Of a stretch of DNA of 64,000 nucleotides, positions 27,901 to 40,685 are shown piece by piece; within the stretch, counting starts at the first letter, position 1; each line of letters starts with the position of its first letter. The notes below the pieces were generated by a model that did no database searches, was not told the DNA's origin, and was given only the letters and a program-made list of their open reading frames with translations. The DNA comes from Eledone cirrhosa. Taxonomy: Eukaryota. The DNA is taken from contig OZ024743.1 in assembly GCA_964016885.1 (NCBI GenBank), positions 219,728,001-219,792,000 of the forward strand. The letters run 5' to 3'. The position numbers and the translations under genes were made by a program.

Positions 27901-30900
27901 AGAATGTTGTATGAACACCGGATAGAATGTTGTTAGAACGCCGAATAGAATGTTGTTAGAACGACAGATAGAATGTTGTATGAACGCCGGATAGAATGTT
28001 GTTAGAACGCCAGATAGAATATTGTTACAACGCCAGATAGAATGTTGTATGAACGCCAGAGAGAATGATGTTAAAACGCCAGATAGAATGTTGTTAGAAC
28101 ACCAGATAGAATGTTGTATGAACGCCAGATAGAATGTTGTATGAACGCCAGATAGAATGTTGTTAGAACGCCAGATAGAATGTTGTTAGAACGCCAGATA
28201 GAATGTTGTATGAACGCCAGATAGAATGTTGTATGAACGCCAGATAGAATGTTGTTAGAACGCGAGATAGAACGTTGTATGAACGCCAGATAGAATGTTG
28301 TTAGAACACCAGATAGAATGTTGTTAGAACGCCAGATAGAACGTTGTTAGAACACCAGATAGAATGTTGTAAAAACGCCAGATAGAATTTTGTATGAACG
28401 CCAGATAGAATATTGTTAGAACTCAGGATAGAACATTGTTAGAACGCCAGATAGAATGTTGTATGAACGCAAGATAGAATGTTTTTAGAACGCCAGACAG
28501 AATGCTGTTAGAACGCCAGATAGAATGTTGTTTGAACGCCGGATAGAATGTTGTTAGAACGCCGAATAGAATATTGTTAGAACGCCAGATAGAATGTTGT
28601 ATGAACGCCAGATAGAATGATGTATGAACGCCAGATAGAATGTTGTTAGGACGCCAGATAGAATGTTGCATGAACACCGGATAGAATGTTGTTAGAACAC
28701 CGAATAGAAAGGTTGTTAGAACGACAGATAGAATGTTGTATGAACACCGGATAGAATGTTGTTAGAACGCCAGATAGAATGTTGTATGAACACCGGATAG
28801 AATGTTGTTAGAACGCCGAATAGAATGTTGTTAGAACGACAGATAGAATGTTGTATGAACGCCAGATAGAATGTTGTTAGAACGCCAGATAGAATGTTGT
28901 ATGAACGCCAGATAGAATGTTGTATGAACGACAGATAGAATGTTGTATGAACGCCAGATAGAATGTTGTATGAACGCCAGATAGAATGTTTTTAGAACGC
29001 CAAATAAAATGTTGTTAGAACTCCAGATAGAATGTTGTTAGAACGCCAGATAGAACGTTGTTACAACGCCAGATAGAACGTTGTTAGAACTCCGGATAGA
29101 ATGTTGTATGAACGCCAGATAGAACGTTGTTAGAACGCCGAATAGAAACGTTGTTTGAACGCCAGATAGAATGTTGTATGAACGCCAGATAGAATGTTGT
29201 TACCACACCTGATAGAATGTTGTTAGAACCCCAGATAGAATGTTGTTAGAACGCCAGGTAGAATGTTGTATGAACGCCAGATAGAATGTTGTTAGAACGC
29301 CAGATAGAATGTTGTTAGAACGCCAGATAGAATGTTGTATGAACGCCAGATAGAATGTTGTATGAACGCCAGATAGAATGTTGTTAGAACGCGAGATAGA
29401 ACGTTGTATGAACGCCAGATAGAATGTTGTTAGAACACCAGATAGAATGTTGTTAGAACACCGAATAGAAAGGTTGTTAGAACGACAGATAGAATGTTGT
29501 ATGAACACCTGATAGAATGTTGTTAACACGCCGAATAGAATATTGTTAGAACGCCAGATAGAAGGTTGTATGAACGCCAGATAGAACGATGTTAAAACGC
29601 CAGATAGAACGTTGCTAGAACTCCGGATAGAATGTTGAATGAACGCCAGATAGAACGTTGTTAGAACGCCGAATAGAAAGGTTGTTTGAACGCCAGATAG
29701 AATGTTGTATGAACGCCAGATAGAATGTTGTTACCACACCTGATAGAATGTTGTTAGAACCCCAGATAGAATGTTGTATGAACGCCAGGTAGAATGTTGT
29801 ATGAACGCCAGATAGAATGTTGTTAGAACGCCAGATAGAATGTTGTTAGAACGCCAGATAGAATGTTGTATGAACGCCAGATAGAATGTTGTATGAACGC
29901 CAGATAGAATGTTGTTAGAACGCGAGATAGAATGTTGTTAGAACGCCAGATAGAACGTTGTTAGAACGCCAGATAGAATGTTGTTAGAACACCAGATAGA
30001 ATGTTGTTAGAACGCCAGATAGAACGTTGTTAGAACGCCAGATAGAATGTTGTTAGAACGCCAGATAGAATGTTATTAGTACGCCAGATAGAATGTTGTA
30101 TGAACGCCAGATAGAATGTTGTATGAACGCCAGATAGAATGTTGTTAGAACGCCAGATAGAATTTCGTTAGAACGCCAGATAGAATGATGTATGAACGCC
30201 AGATAGAATGTTGTTAGAACTCAGGATAGAACATTGTTAGAACGCCAGATAGAATGTTGTATGAACGCAAGATAGAATGTTTTTAGAACGCCAGACAGAA
30301 TGCTGTTAGAACGCCAGATAGAATGTTGTTTGAACGCCGGATAGAATGTTGTTAGAACGCCGAATAGAATATTGTTAGAACGCCAGATAGAATGTTGTAT
30401 GAACGCCAGATAGAATGTTGTTAAAATGCCAGATAGAATGTTGTATGAACGCCATATAGAATGTTGTTACAACGCCAGATAGAATGTTGATAGAACGCCA
30501 GATAGAATGTTGTTAGAACGCCAGATAGAACGTTGTTAGAACGCCAGATAGAATGTTGTTAGAACACCAGATAGAATGTTGTTAGAACGCCAGATAGAAC
30601 GTTGTTAGAACGCCAGATAGAATGTTGTTAGAACGCCAGATAGAATGTTATTAGTACGCCAGATAGAATGTTGTATGAACGCCAGATAGAATGTTGTATG
30701 AACGCCAGATAGAATGTTGTTAGAACGCCAGATAGAATTTCGTTAGAACGCCAGATAGAATGATGTATGAACGCCAGATAGAATGTTGTATGAACGCCAG
30801 ATAGAACGTTGTTAGAACGCCAGATAGAATGTTGTATGAACACCGGATAGAATGTTGTTAGAACGCCGAATAGAATGTTGTTAGAACGACAGATAGAATG

Positions 30901-33850
30901 TTGTATGAACGCCGGATAGAATGTTGTTAGAACGCCAGATAGAATATTGTTACAACGCCAGATAGAATGTTGTATGAACGCCAGAGAGAATGATGTTAAA
31001 ACGCCAGATAGAATGTTGTTAGAACACCAGATAGAATGTTGTATGAACGCCAGATAGAATGTTGTATGAACGCCAGATAGAATGTTGTTAGAACGCCAGA
31101 TAGAATGTTGTTAGAACGCCAGATAGAATGTTGTATGAACGCCAGATAGAATGTTGTATGAACGCCAGATAGAATGTTGTTAGAACGCGAGATAGAACGT
31201 TGTATGAACGCCAGATAGAATGTTGTTAGAACACCAGATAGAATGTTGTTAGAACGCCAGATAGAACGTTGTTAGAACACCAGATAGAATGTTGTAAAAA
31301 CGCCAGATAGAATTTTGTATGAACGCCAGATAGAATATTGTTAGAACTCAGGATAGAACATTGTTAGAACGCCAGATAGAATGTTGTATGAACGCAAGAT
31401 AGAATGTTTTTAGAACGCCAGACAGAATGCTGTTAGAACGCCAGATAGAATGTTGTTTGAACGCCGGATAGAATGTTGTTAGAACGCCGAATAGAATATT
31501 GTTAGAACGCCAGATAGAATGTTGTATGAACGCCAGATAGAATGATGTATGAACGCCAGATAGAATGTTGTTAGGACGCCAGATAGAATGTTGCATGAAC
31601 ACCGGATAGAATGTTGTTAGAACACCGAATAGAAAGGTTGTTAGAACGACAGATAGAATGTTGTATGAACACCGGATAGAATGTTGTTAGAACGCCAGAT
31701 AGAATGTTGTATGAACACCGGATAGAATGTTGTTAGAACGCCGAATAGAATGTTGTTAGAACGACAGATAGAATGTTGTATGAACGCCAGATAGAATGTT
31801 GTTAGAACGCCAGATAGAATGTTGTATGAACGCCAGATAGAATGTTGTATGAACGACAGATAGAATGTTGTATGAACGCCAGATAGAATGTTGTATGAAC
31901 GCCAGATAGAATGTTTTTAGAACGCCAAATAAAATGTTGTTAGAACTCCAGATAGAATGTTGTTAGAACGCCAGATAGAACGTTGTTACAACGCCAGATA
32001 GAACGTTGTTAGAACTCCGGATAGAATGTTGTATGAACGCCAGATAGAACGTTGTTAGAACGCCGAATAGAAACGTTGTTTGAACGACAGATAGAATGTT
32101 GTATGAACGCCAGATAGAATGTTGTTACCACACCTGATAGAATGTTGTTAGAACCCCAGATAGAATGTTGTTAGAACGCCAGGTAGAATGTTGTATGAAC
32201 GCCAGATAGAATGTTGTTAGAACGCCAGATAGAATGTTGTTAGAACGCCAGATAGAATGTTGTATGAACGCCAGATAGAATGTTGTATGAACGCCAGATA
32301 GAATGTTGTTAGAACGCGAGATAGAACGTTGTATGAACGCCAGATAGAATGTTGTTAGAACACCAGATAGAATGTTGTTAGAACACCGAATAGAAAGGTT
32401 GTTAGAACGACAGATAGAATGTTGTATGAACACCTGATAGAATGTTGTTAACACGCGAATAGAATATTGTTAGAACGCCAGATAGAAGGTTGTATGAACG
32501 CCAGATAGAACGATGTTAAAACGCCAGATAGAACGTTGCTAGAACTCCGGATAGAATGTTGAATGAACGCCAGATAGAACGTTGTTAGAACGCCGAATAG
32601 AAAGGTTGTTTGAACGCCAGATAGAATGTTGTATGAACGCCAGATAGAATGTTGTTACCACACCTGATAGAATGTTGTTAGAACCCCAGATAGAATGTTG
32701 TATGAACGCCAGGTAGAATGTTGTATGAACGCCAGATAGAATGTTGTTAGAACGCCAGATAGAATGTTGTTAGAACGCCAGATAGAATGTTGTATGAACG
32801 CCAGATAGAATGTTGTATGAACGCCAGATAGAATGTTGTTAGAACGCGAGATAGAACGTTGTATTAACGCCAGATAGAATGTTGTTAGAACACCAGATAG
32901 AACGTTGTTAGAACACCAGATAGAATGTTGTAAAAACGCCAGATAGAATTTTGTATGAACGCCAGATAGAATATTGTTAGAACTCAGGATAGAACATTGT
33001 TAGAACGCCAGATAGAATGTTGTATGAACGCAAGATAGAATGTTTTTAGAACGCCAGACAGAATGCTGTTAGAACGCCAGATAGAATGTTGTTTGAACGC
33101 CGGATAGAATGTTGTTAGAACGCCGAATAGAATATTGTTAGAACGCCAGATAGAATGTTGTATGAACGCCAGATAGAATGTTGTTAAAATGCCAGATAGA
33201 ATGTTGTATGAACGCCATATAGAATGTTGTTACAACGCCAGATAGAATGTTGATAGAACGCCAGATAGAATGTTGTTAGAACGCCAGATAGAACGTTGTT
33301 AGAACGCCAGATAGAATGTTGTTAGAACACCAGATAGAATGTTGTTAGAACGCCAGATAGAACGTTGTTAGAACGCCAGATAGAATGTTGTTAGAACGCC
33401 AGATAGAATGTTATTAGTACGCCAGATAGAATGTTGTATGAACGCCAGATAGAATGTTGTATGAACGCCAGATAGAATGTTGTTAGAACGCCAGATAGAA
33501 TTTCGTTAGAACGCCAGATAGAATGATGTATGAACGCCAGATAGAATGTTGTATGAACGCCAGATAGAACGTTGTTAGAACGCCAGATAGAATGTTGTAT
33601 GAACACCGGATAGAATGTTGTTAGAACGCCGAATAGAATGTTGTTAGAACGACAGATAGAATGTTGTATGAACGCCGGATAGAATGTTGTTAGAACTCCA
33701 GATAGAATATTGTTACAACGCCAGATAGAATGTTGTATGAACGCCAGAGAGAATGATGTTAAAACGCCAGATAGAATGTTGTTAGAACACCAGATAGAAT
33801 GTTGTATGAACGCCAGATAGAATGTTGTATGAACGCCAGATAGAATGTTG
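17600..33850. repeat. HOR array with a 2,764-bp (120-monomer) base unit and length variants
   Basis: ORF-track offsets are 2764 (22522/25286, 23789/26553), 2718, 2925, 3914 (=2764+1150) and 3891 (=2764+1127). The marker order is shared, including TATTAGTACGCC, ATTTCGTT and CCAGAGAG. Confidence 0.88.
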
Positions 33851-36800
33851 TATGAACGCCAGATAGAATGTTGTTAGAACGCCAGATAGAATGTTGTATG
33901 AACGCCAGATAGAATGTTGTATAAATGCCAGATAGAATATTGTTAGAACGCCAGATAGAATGTTGTATGAACACCGGATAGAATGTTGTTAGAACGTCGA
34001 ATAGAATGTTGTTAGAACGCCAGATAGAATGTTGTATGAAGGCCAGATAGAATGTTGTTATAACGCCAGATAGAATGTTGTTAGAACGCCACATAGAATG
34101 TTGTTAGAACGCCAGATAGAATGTTGTATGAACACCAGATAGAATGTTGTATGAACGCCAGATAGAATGTTGTTAGAACACCAGATAGAATGTTGTTAGA
34201 ACGCCAGAAAGAATGTTGTTACAACGCCAGATAGAATGTTGTTAGAACGCCAGATAGAATTTTGTTAGAACGCCAGATAGAATGATGTATGAACGCCAGA
34301 TAGAATGTTGTATGAACGCCAGATAGAATGTTGTATGAACGCCAGATAGAACTTTGTTAGAACGCCAGATAGAATGTTGTATGAAAACCGGATAGAACGT
34401 TGTTAAAACGCCGAATAGAATGTTGTTAGAACGACAGATAGAATGTTGTATGAACGCCGGATAGAATGTTGTTAGAACACCGGATAGAATGTTGTTAGAA
34501 CGCCGAATAGAGTGTTGTTAGAACACCAGATAGAATGCTGTTAGAACGCCAGATAAAATGTTGTATGAACGCCAGATAGAATGTGTTAGACCGCCACATA
34601 GAATTATGTATGAACGCCAGATAGAATGTTGTATGAACGCCAGATAGAATATTGTATGAACGCCAGATATAATGTTGTATGAACGCCAGATAGAATGTGT
34701 TAGAACGCCAGATAGAATGCTGTTAGAACGCCAGATAGCATGCTGTTAGAACGCCAGATAAAATGTTGTATGAACGCCAGATAAAATGTTGTATGAACGC
34801 CAGATAGAATGTTGTTAGAACGCCAGATAGAATGTTGTATGAACGCCAGATAGAATGTTGTATGAACGCCAGATAGAATGTTGTATGAACGCCAGATAGA
34901 ATGTTGTATGAACGCCAGATAGAATGTTGTATGAACGCCAGATAGAATGCTGTTAGAACGCCAGATAGCATGCTGTTAGAACGCCAGATAAAATGTTGTA
35001 TGAACGCCAGATAGAATGTTGTTAGAACGCCTGATAGAATGTTGTATGAACGCCAGATAGAATGTTGTATGAACGTCAGATAGAATGTTGTTAGACCGCC
35101 ACATAGAATGATGTATGAACGCCTGATAGAATGTTGTATGAACGCCAGATAGAATGATGTTAGAACGCCATATAGAATGTTGTTAGAATCCAGATAGAAT
35201 TTTGTTAGAACGCCAGATAGAATGCTGTTAGAACGCCAGATAGAATGTTGTTAGAACGCCTGATAGAATGTTGTATGAACGCCAGATAGAATGTTGCTAA
35301 AACGCCAGATAGAATGTTGTGAGAATCCAGATAGAATTTTGTTAGAACGACAGATAGAATGATGTATGAACGCCAGATAGAATGTTGTATGAACGCCAGA
35401 TAGAACGTTGCTAGAACGCCAGATAGAATGTTGTATGGACACCGGATAGAATGTTGTTAGAACGCCGAATAGAATGTTGTTAGAACGACAGATAGAATGT
35501 TGTAAGAACGCCGGATAGAATGTTGTTAGAACGCCAGATAGAATGTTGTTAGAACGCCAGATAGAATTTTGTAATAACGCCAGATAGAATGATGTTAAAA
35601 CGCCAGATAAAATGTTGTTAGAACACCAGATAGTATGTTGTATGAACGCCAGATAGAATGTTGTATGAACGCCAGATAGTATGTTGTATGAACGCCAGAT
35701 AGAATTTTGTTAGAACGCCAGATAGAATGTTGTATGAACGCCAGATAGAATGTTGTATGAACGCCAGTTAGAATGTTGTTAGAACGCCAGATAGAATGTT
35801 GTATGAACGCCAGATAGAATGTTGTTAAAACGCCAAATAGAATGTTGTTACAACGCCAGATAGAATGTTGTTAGAACGCCAGATAGAATTTTGTTAGAAC
35901 GCCAGATAGAATGTTGTATGAACGTCATATAGAATGTTGTTAGAACGCCAGATAGAATGTTATTAGTACGCAAGATAGAATGTTGTATGAACGCCAGATA
36001 GAATGTTGTATGAACGCCAGATAGAATTTTGTTAGAACGCCAGATAGAATGTTGTATGAACGCCAGATAGAATGTTGTATGAACGCCAGATAGAATGTTG
36101 TATAAACGCCAGATAGAATGTTGTATGAACACCGGATAGAATGTTGTTAGAACACCGAATAGAAAGGTTGTTAGAACGACAGATAGAATGTTGTATGAAC
36201 ACCGGATAGAATGTTGTTAGAACGCCAGATAGAATGTTGTATGAACACCGGATAGAATGTTGTTAGAACGCCGAATAGAATGTTGTTAGAACGACAGATA
36301 GAATGTTGTATGAACGCCAGATAGAATGTTGTTAGAACGCCAGATAGAATGTTGTATGAACGCCAGATAGAATGTTGTATGAACGACAGATAGAATGTTG
36401 TATGAACGCCAGATAGAATGTTGTATGAACGCCAGATAGAATGTTTTTAGAACGCCAAATAAAATGTTGTTAGAACTCCAGATAGAATGTTGTTAGAACG
36501 CCAGATAGAACGTTGTTACAACGCCAGATAGAACGTTGTTAGAACTCCGGATAGAATGTTGTATGAACGCCAGATAGAACGTTGTTAGAACGCCGAATAG
36601 AAACGTTGTTTGAACGCCAGATAGAATGTTGTATGAACGCCAGATAGAATGTTGTTACCACACCTGATAGAATGTTGTTACAACCCCAGATAGAATGTTG
36701 TTAGAACGCCAGGTAGAATGTTGTATGAACGCCAGATAGAATGTTGTTAGAACGCCAGATAGAATGTTGTTAGAACGCCAGATAGAATGTTGTATGAACG

Positions 36801-39800
36801 CCAGATAGAATGTTGTATGAACGCCAGATAGAATGTTGTTAGAACGCGAGATAGAACGTTGTATGAACGCCAGATAGAATGTTGTTAGAACACCAGATAG
36901 AATGTTGTTAGAACACCGAATAGAAAGGTTGTTAGAACGACAGATAGAATGTTGTATGAACACCTGATAGAATGTTGTTAACACGCCGAATAGAATATTG
37001 TTAGAACGCCAGATAGAAGGTTGTATGAACGCCAGATAGAACGATGTTAAAACGCCAGATAGAACGTTGCTAGAACTCCGGATAGAATGTTGAATGAACG
37101 CCAGATAGAACGTTGTTAGAACGCCGAATAGAAAGGTTGTTTGAACGCCAGATAGAATGTTGTATGAACGCCAGATAGAATGTTGTTACCACACCTGATA
37201 GAATGTTGTTAGAACCCCAGATAGAATGTTGTATGAACGCCAGGTAGAATGTTGTATGAACGCCAGATAGAATGTTGTTAGAACGCCAGATAGAATGTTG
37301 TTAGAACGCCAGATAGAATGTTGTATGAACGCCAGATAGAATGTTGTATGAACGCCAGATAGAATGTTGTTAGAACGCGAGATAGAACGTTGTATTAACG
37401 CCAGATAGAATGTTGTTAGAACACCAGATAGAACGTTGTTAGAACACCAGATAGAATGTTGTAAAAACGCCAGATAGAATTTTGTATGAACGCCAGATAG
37501 AATATTGTTAGAACTCAGGATAGAACATTGTTAGAACGCCAGATAGAATGTTGTATGAACGCAAGATAGAATGTTTTTAGAACGCCAGACAGAATGCTGT
37601 TAGAACGCCAGATAGAATGTTGTTTGAACGCCGGATAGAATGTTGTTAGAACGCCGAATAGAATATTGTTAGAACGCCAGATAGAATGTTGTATGAACGC
37701 CAGATAGAATGTTGTTAAAATGCCAGATAGAATGTTGTATGAACGCCATATAGAATGTTGTTACAACGCCAGATAGAATGTTGATAGAACGCCAGATAGA
37801 ATGTTGTTAGAACGCCAGATAGAACGTTGTTAGAACGCCAGATAGAATGTTGTTAGAACACCAGATAGAATGTTGTTAGAACGCCAGATAGAACGTTGTT
37901 AGAACGCCAGATAGAATGTTGTTAGAACGCCAGATAGAATGTTATTAGTACGCCAGATAGAATGTTGTATGAACGCCAGATAGAATGTTGTATGAACGCC
38001 AGATAGAATGTTGTTAGAACGCCAGATAGAATTTCGTTAGAACGCCAGATAGAATGATGTATGAACGCCAGATAGAATGTTGTATGAACGCCAGATAGAA
38101 CGTTGTTAGAACGCCAGATAGAATGTTGTATGAACACCGGATAGAATGTTGTTAGAACGCCGAATAGAATGTTGTTAGAACGACAGATAGAATGTTGTAT
38201 GAACGCCGGATAGAATGTTGTTAGAACGCCAGATAGAATATTGTTACAACGCCAGATAGAATGTTGTATGAACGACAGAGAGAATGATGTTAAAACGCCA
38301 GATAGAATGTTGTTAGAACACCAGATAGAATGTTGTATGAACGCCAGATAGAATGTTGTATGAACGCCAGATAGAATGTTGTATGAACGCCAGATAGAAT
38401 GTTGTTAGAACGCCAGATAGAATGTTGTATGAACGCCAGATAGAATGTTGTATAAATGCCAGATAGAATATTGTTAGAACGCCAGATAGAATGTTGTATG
38501 AACACCGGATAGAATGTTGTTAGAACGTCGAATAGAATGTTGTTAGAACGCCAGATAGAATGTTGTATGAAGGCCAGATAGAATGTTGTTATAACGCCAG
38601 ATAGAATGTTGTTAGAACGCCACATAGAATGTTGTTAGAACGCCAGATAGAATGTTGTATGAACACCAGATAGAATGTTGTATGAACGCCAGATAGAATG
38701 TTGTTAGAACACCAGATAGAATGTTGTTAGAACGCCAGAAAGAATGTTGTTACAACGCCAGATAGAATGTTGTTAGAACGCCAGATAGAATTTTGTTAGA
38801 ACGCCAGATAGAATGATGTATGAACGCCAGATAGAATGTTGTATGAACGCCAGATAGAATGTTGTATGAACGCCAGATAGAACTTTGTTAGAACGCCAGA
38901 TAGAATGTTGTATGAAAACCGGATAGAACGTTGTTAAAACGCCGAATAGAATGTTGTTAGAACGACAGATAGAATGTTGTATGAACGCCGGATAGAATGT
39001 TGTTAGAACACCGGATAGAATGTTGTTAGAACGCCGAATAGAGTGTTGTTAGAACACCAGATAGAATGCTGTTAGAACGCCAGATAAAATGTTGTATGAA
39101 CGCCAGATAGAATGTGTTAGACCGCCACATAGAATTATGTATGAACGCCAGATAGAATGTTGTATGAACGCCAGATAGAATATTGTATGAACGCCAGATA
39201 TAATGTTGTATGAACGCCAGATAGAATGTGTTAGAACGCCAGATAGAATGCTGTTAGAACGCCAGATAGCATGCTGTTAGAACGCCAGATAAAATGTTGT
39301 ATGAACGCCAGATAAAATGTTGTATGAACGCCAGATAGAATGTTGTTAGAACGCCAGATAGAATGTTGTATGAACGCCAGATAGAATGTTGTATGAACGC
39401 CAGATAGAATGTTGTATGAACGCCAGATAGAATGTTGTATGAACGCCAGATAGAATGTTGTATGAACGCCAGATAGAATGCTGTTAGAACGCCAGATAGC
39501 ATGCTGTTAGAACGCCAGATAAAATGTTGTATGAACGCCAGATAGAATGTTGTTAGAACGCCTGATAGAATGTTGTATGAACGCCAGATAGAATGTTGTA
39601 TGAACGTCAGATAGAATGTTGTTAGACCGCCACATAGAATGATGTATGAACGCCTGATAGAATGTTGTATGAACGCCAGATAGAATGATGTTAGAACGCC
39701 ATATAGAATGTTGTTAGAATCCAGATAGAATTTTGTTAGAACGCCAGATAGAATGCTGTTAGAACGCCAGATAGAATGTTGTTAGAACGCCTGATAGAAT

Positions 39801-40685
39801 GTTGTATGAACGCCAGATAGAATGTTGCTAAAACGCCAGATAGAATGTTGTGAGAATCCAGATAGAATTTTGTTAGAACGACAGATAGAATGATGTATGA
39901 ACGCCAGATAGAATGTTGTATGAACGCCAGATAGAACGTTGTTAGAACGCCAGATAGAATGTTGTATGGACACCGGATAGAATGTTGTTAGAACGCCGAA
40001 TAGAATGTTGTTAGAACGCCGGATAGAATGTTGTTAGAACGCCAGATAGAATGTTGTTAGAACGCCAGATAGAATTTTGTAATAACGCCAGATAGAATGA
40101 TGTTAAAACGCCAGATAAAATGTTGTTAGAACACCAGATAGTATGTTGTATGAACGCCAGATAGAATGTTGTATGAACGCCAGATAGTATGTTGTATGAA
40201 CGCCAGATAGAATTTTGTTAGAACGCCAGATAGAATGTTGTATGAACGCCAGATAGAATGTTGTATGAACGCCAGTTAGAATGTTGTTAGAACGCCAGAT
40301 AGAATGTTGTATGAACGCCAGATAGAATGTTGTTAAAACGCCAAATAGAATGTTGTTACAACGCCAGATAGAATGTTGTTAGAACGCCAGATAGAATTTT
40401 GTTAGAACGCCAGATAGAATGTTGTATGAACGTCATATAGAATGTTGTTAGAACGCCAGATAGAATGTTATTAGTACGCAAGATAGAATGTTGTATGAAC
40501 GCCAGATAGAATGTTGTATGAACGCCAGATAGAATTTTGTTAGAACGCCAGATAGAATGTTGTATGAACGCCAGATAGAATGTTGTATGAACGCCAGATA
40601 GAATGTTGTATAAACGCCAGATAGAATGTTGTATGAACGCCAGATAGAATGTTGTATGAACACCGGATAGAATGTTGTTAGAACG
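31595..40685. repeat. Tandem duplication of a block of about 4,531 bp (197 monomers) spanning the left/right domain transition
   Basis: ORF pairs are offset by 4531 (33391/37922, 33759/38290, 34723/39254, 35251/39782) and 4530 (32125/36655). Confidence 0.9.

Noticed and set aside
32451-32460. Single 1-bp deletion ACACGCGAAT vs ACACGCCGAAT
   Set aside because: It is a singleton in a CC run and absent from the duplicate near 36981, so it could be a consensus error. Not interpretable without reads.
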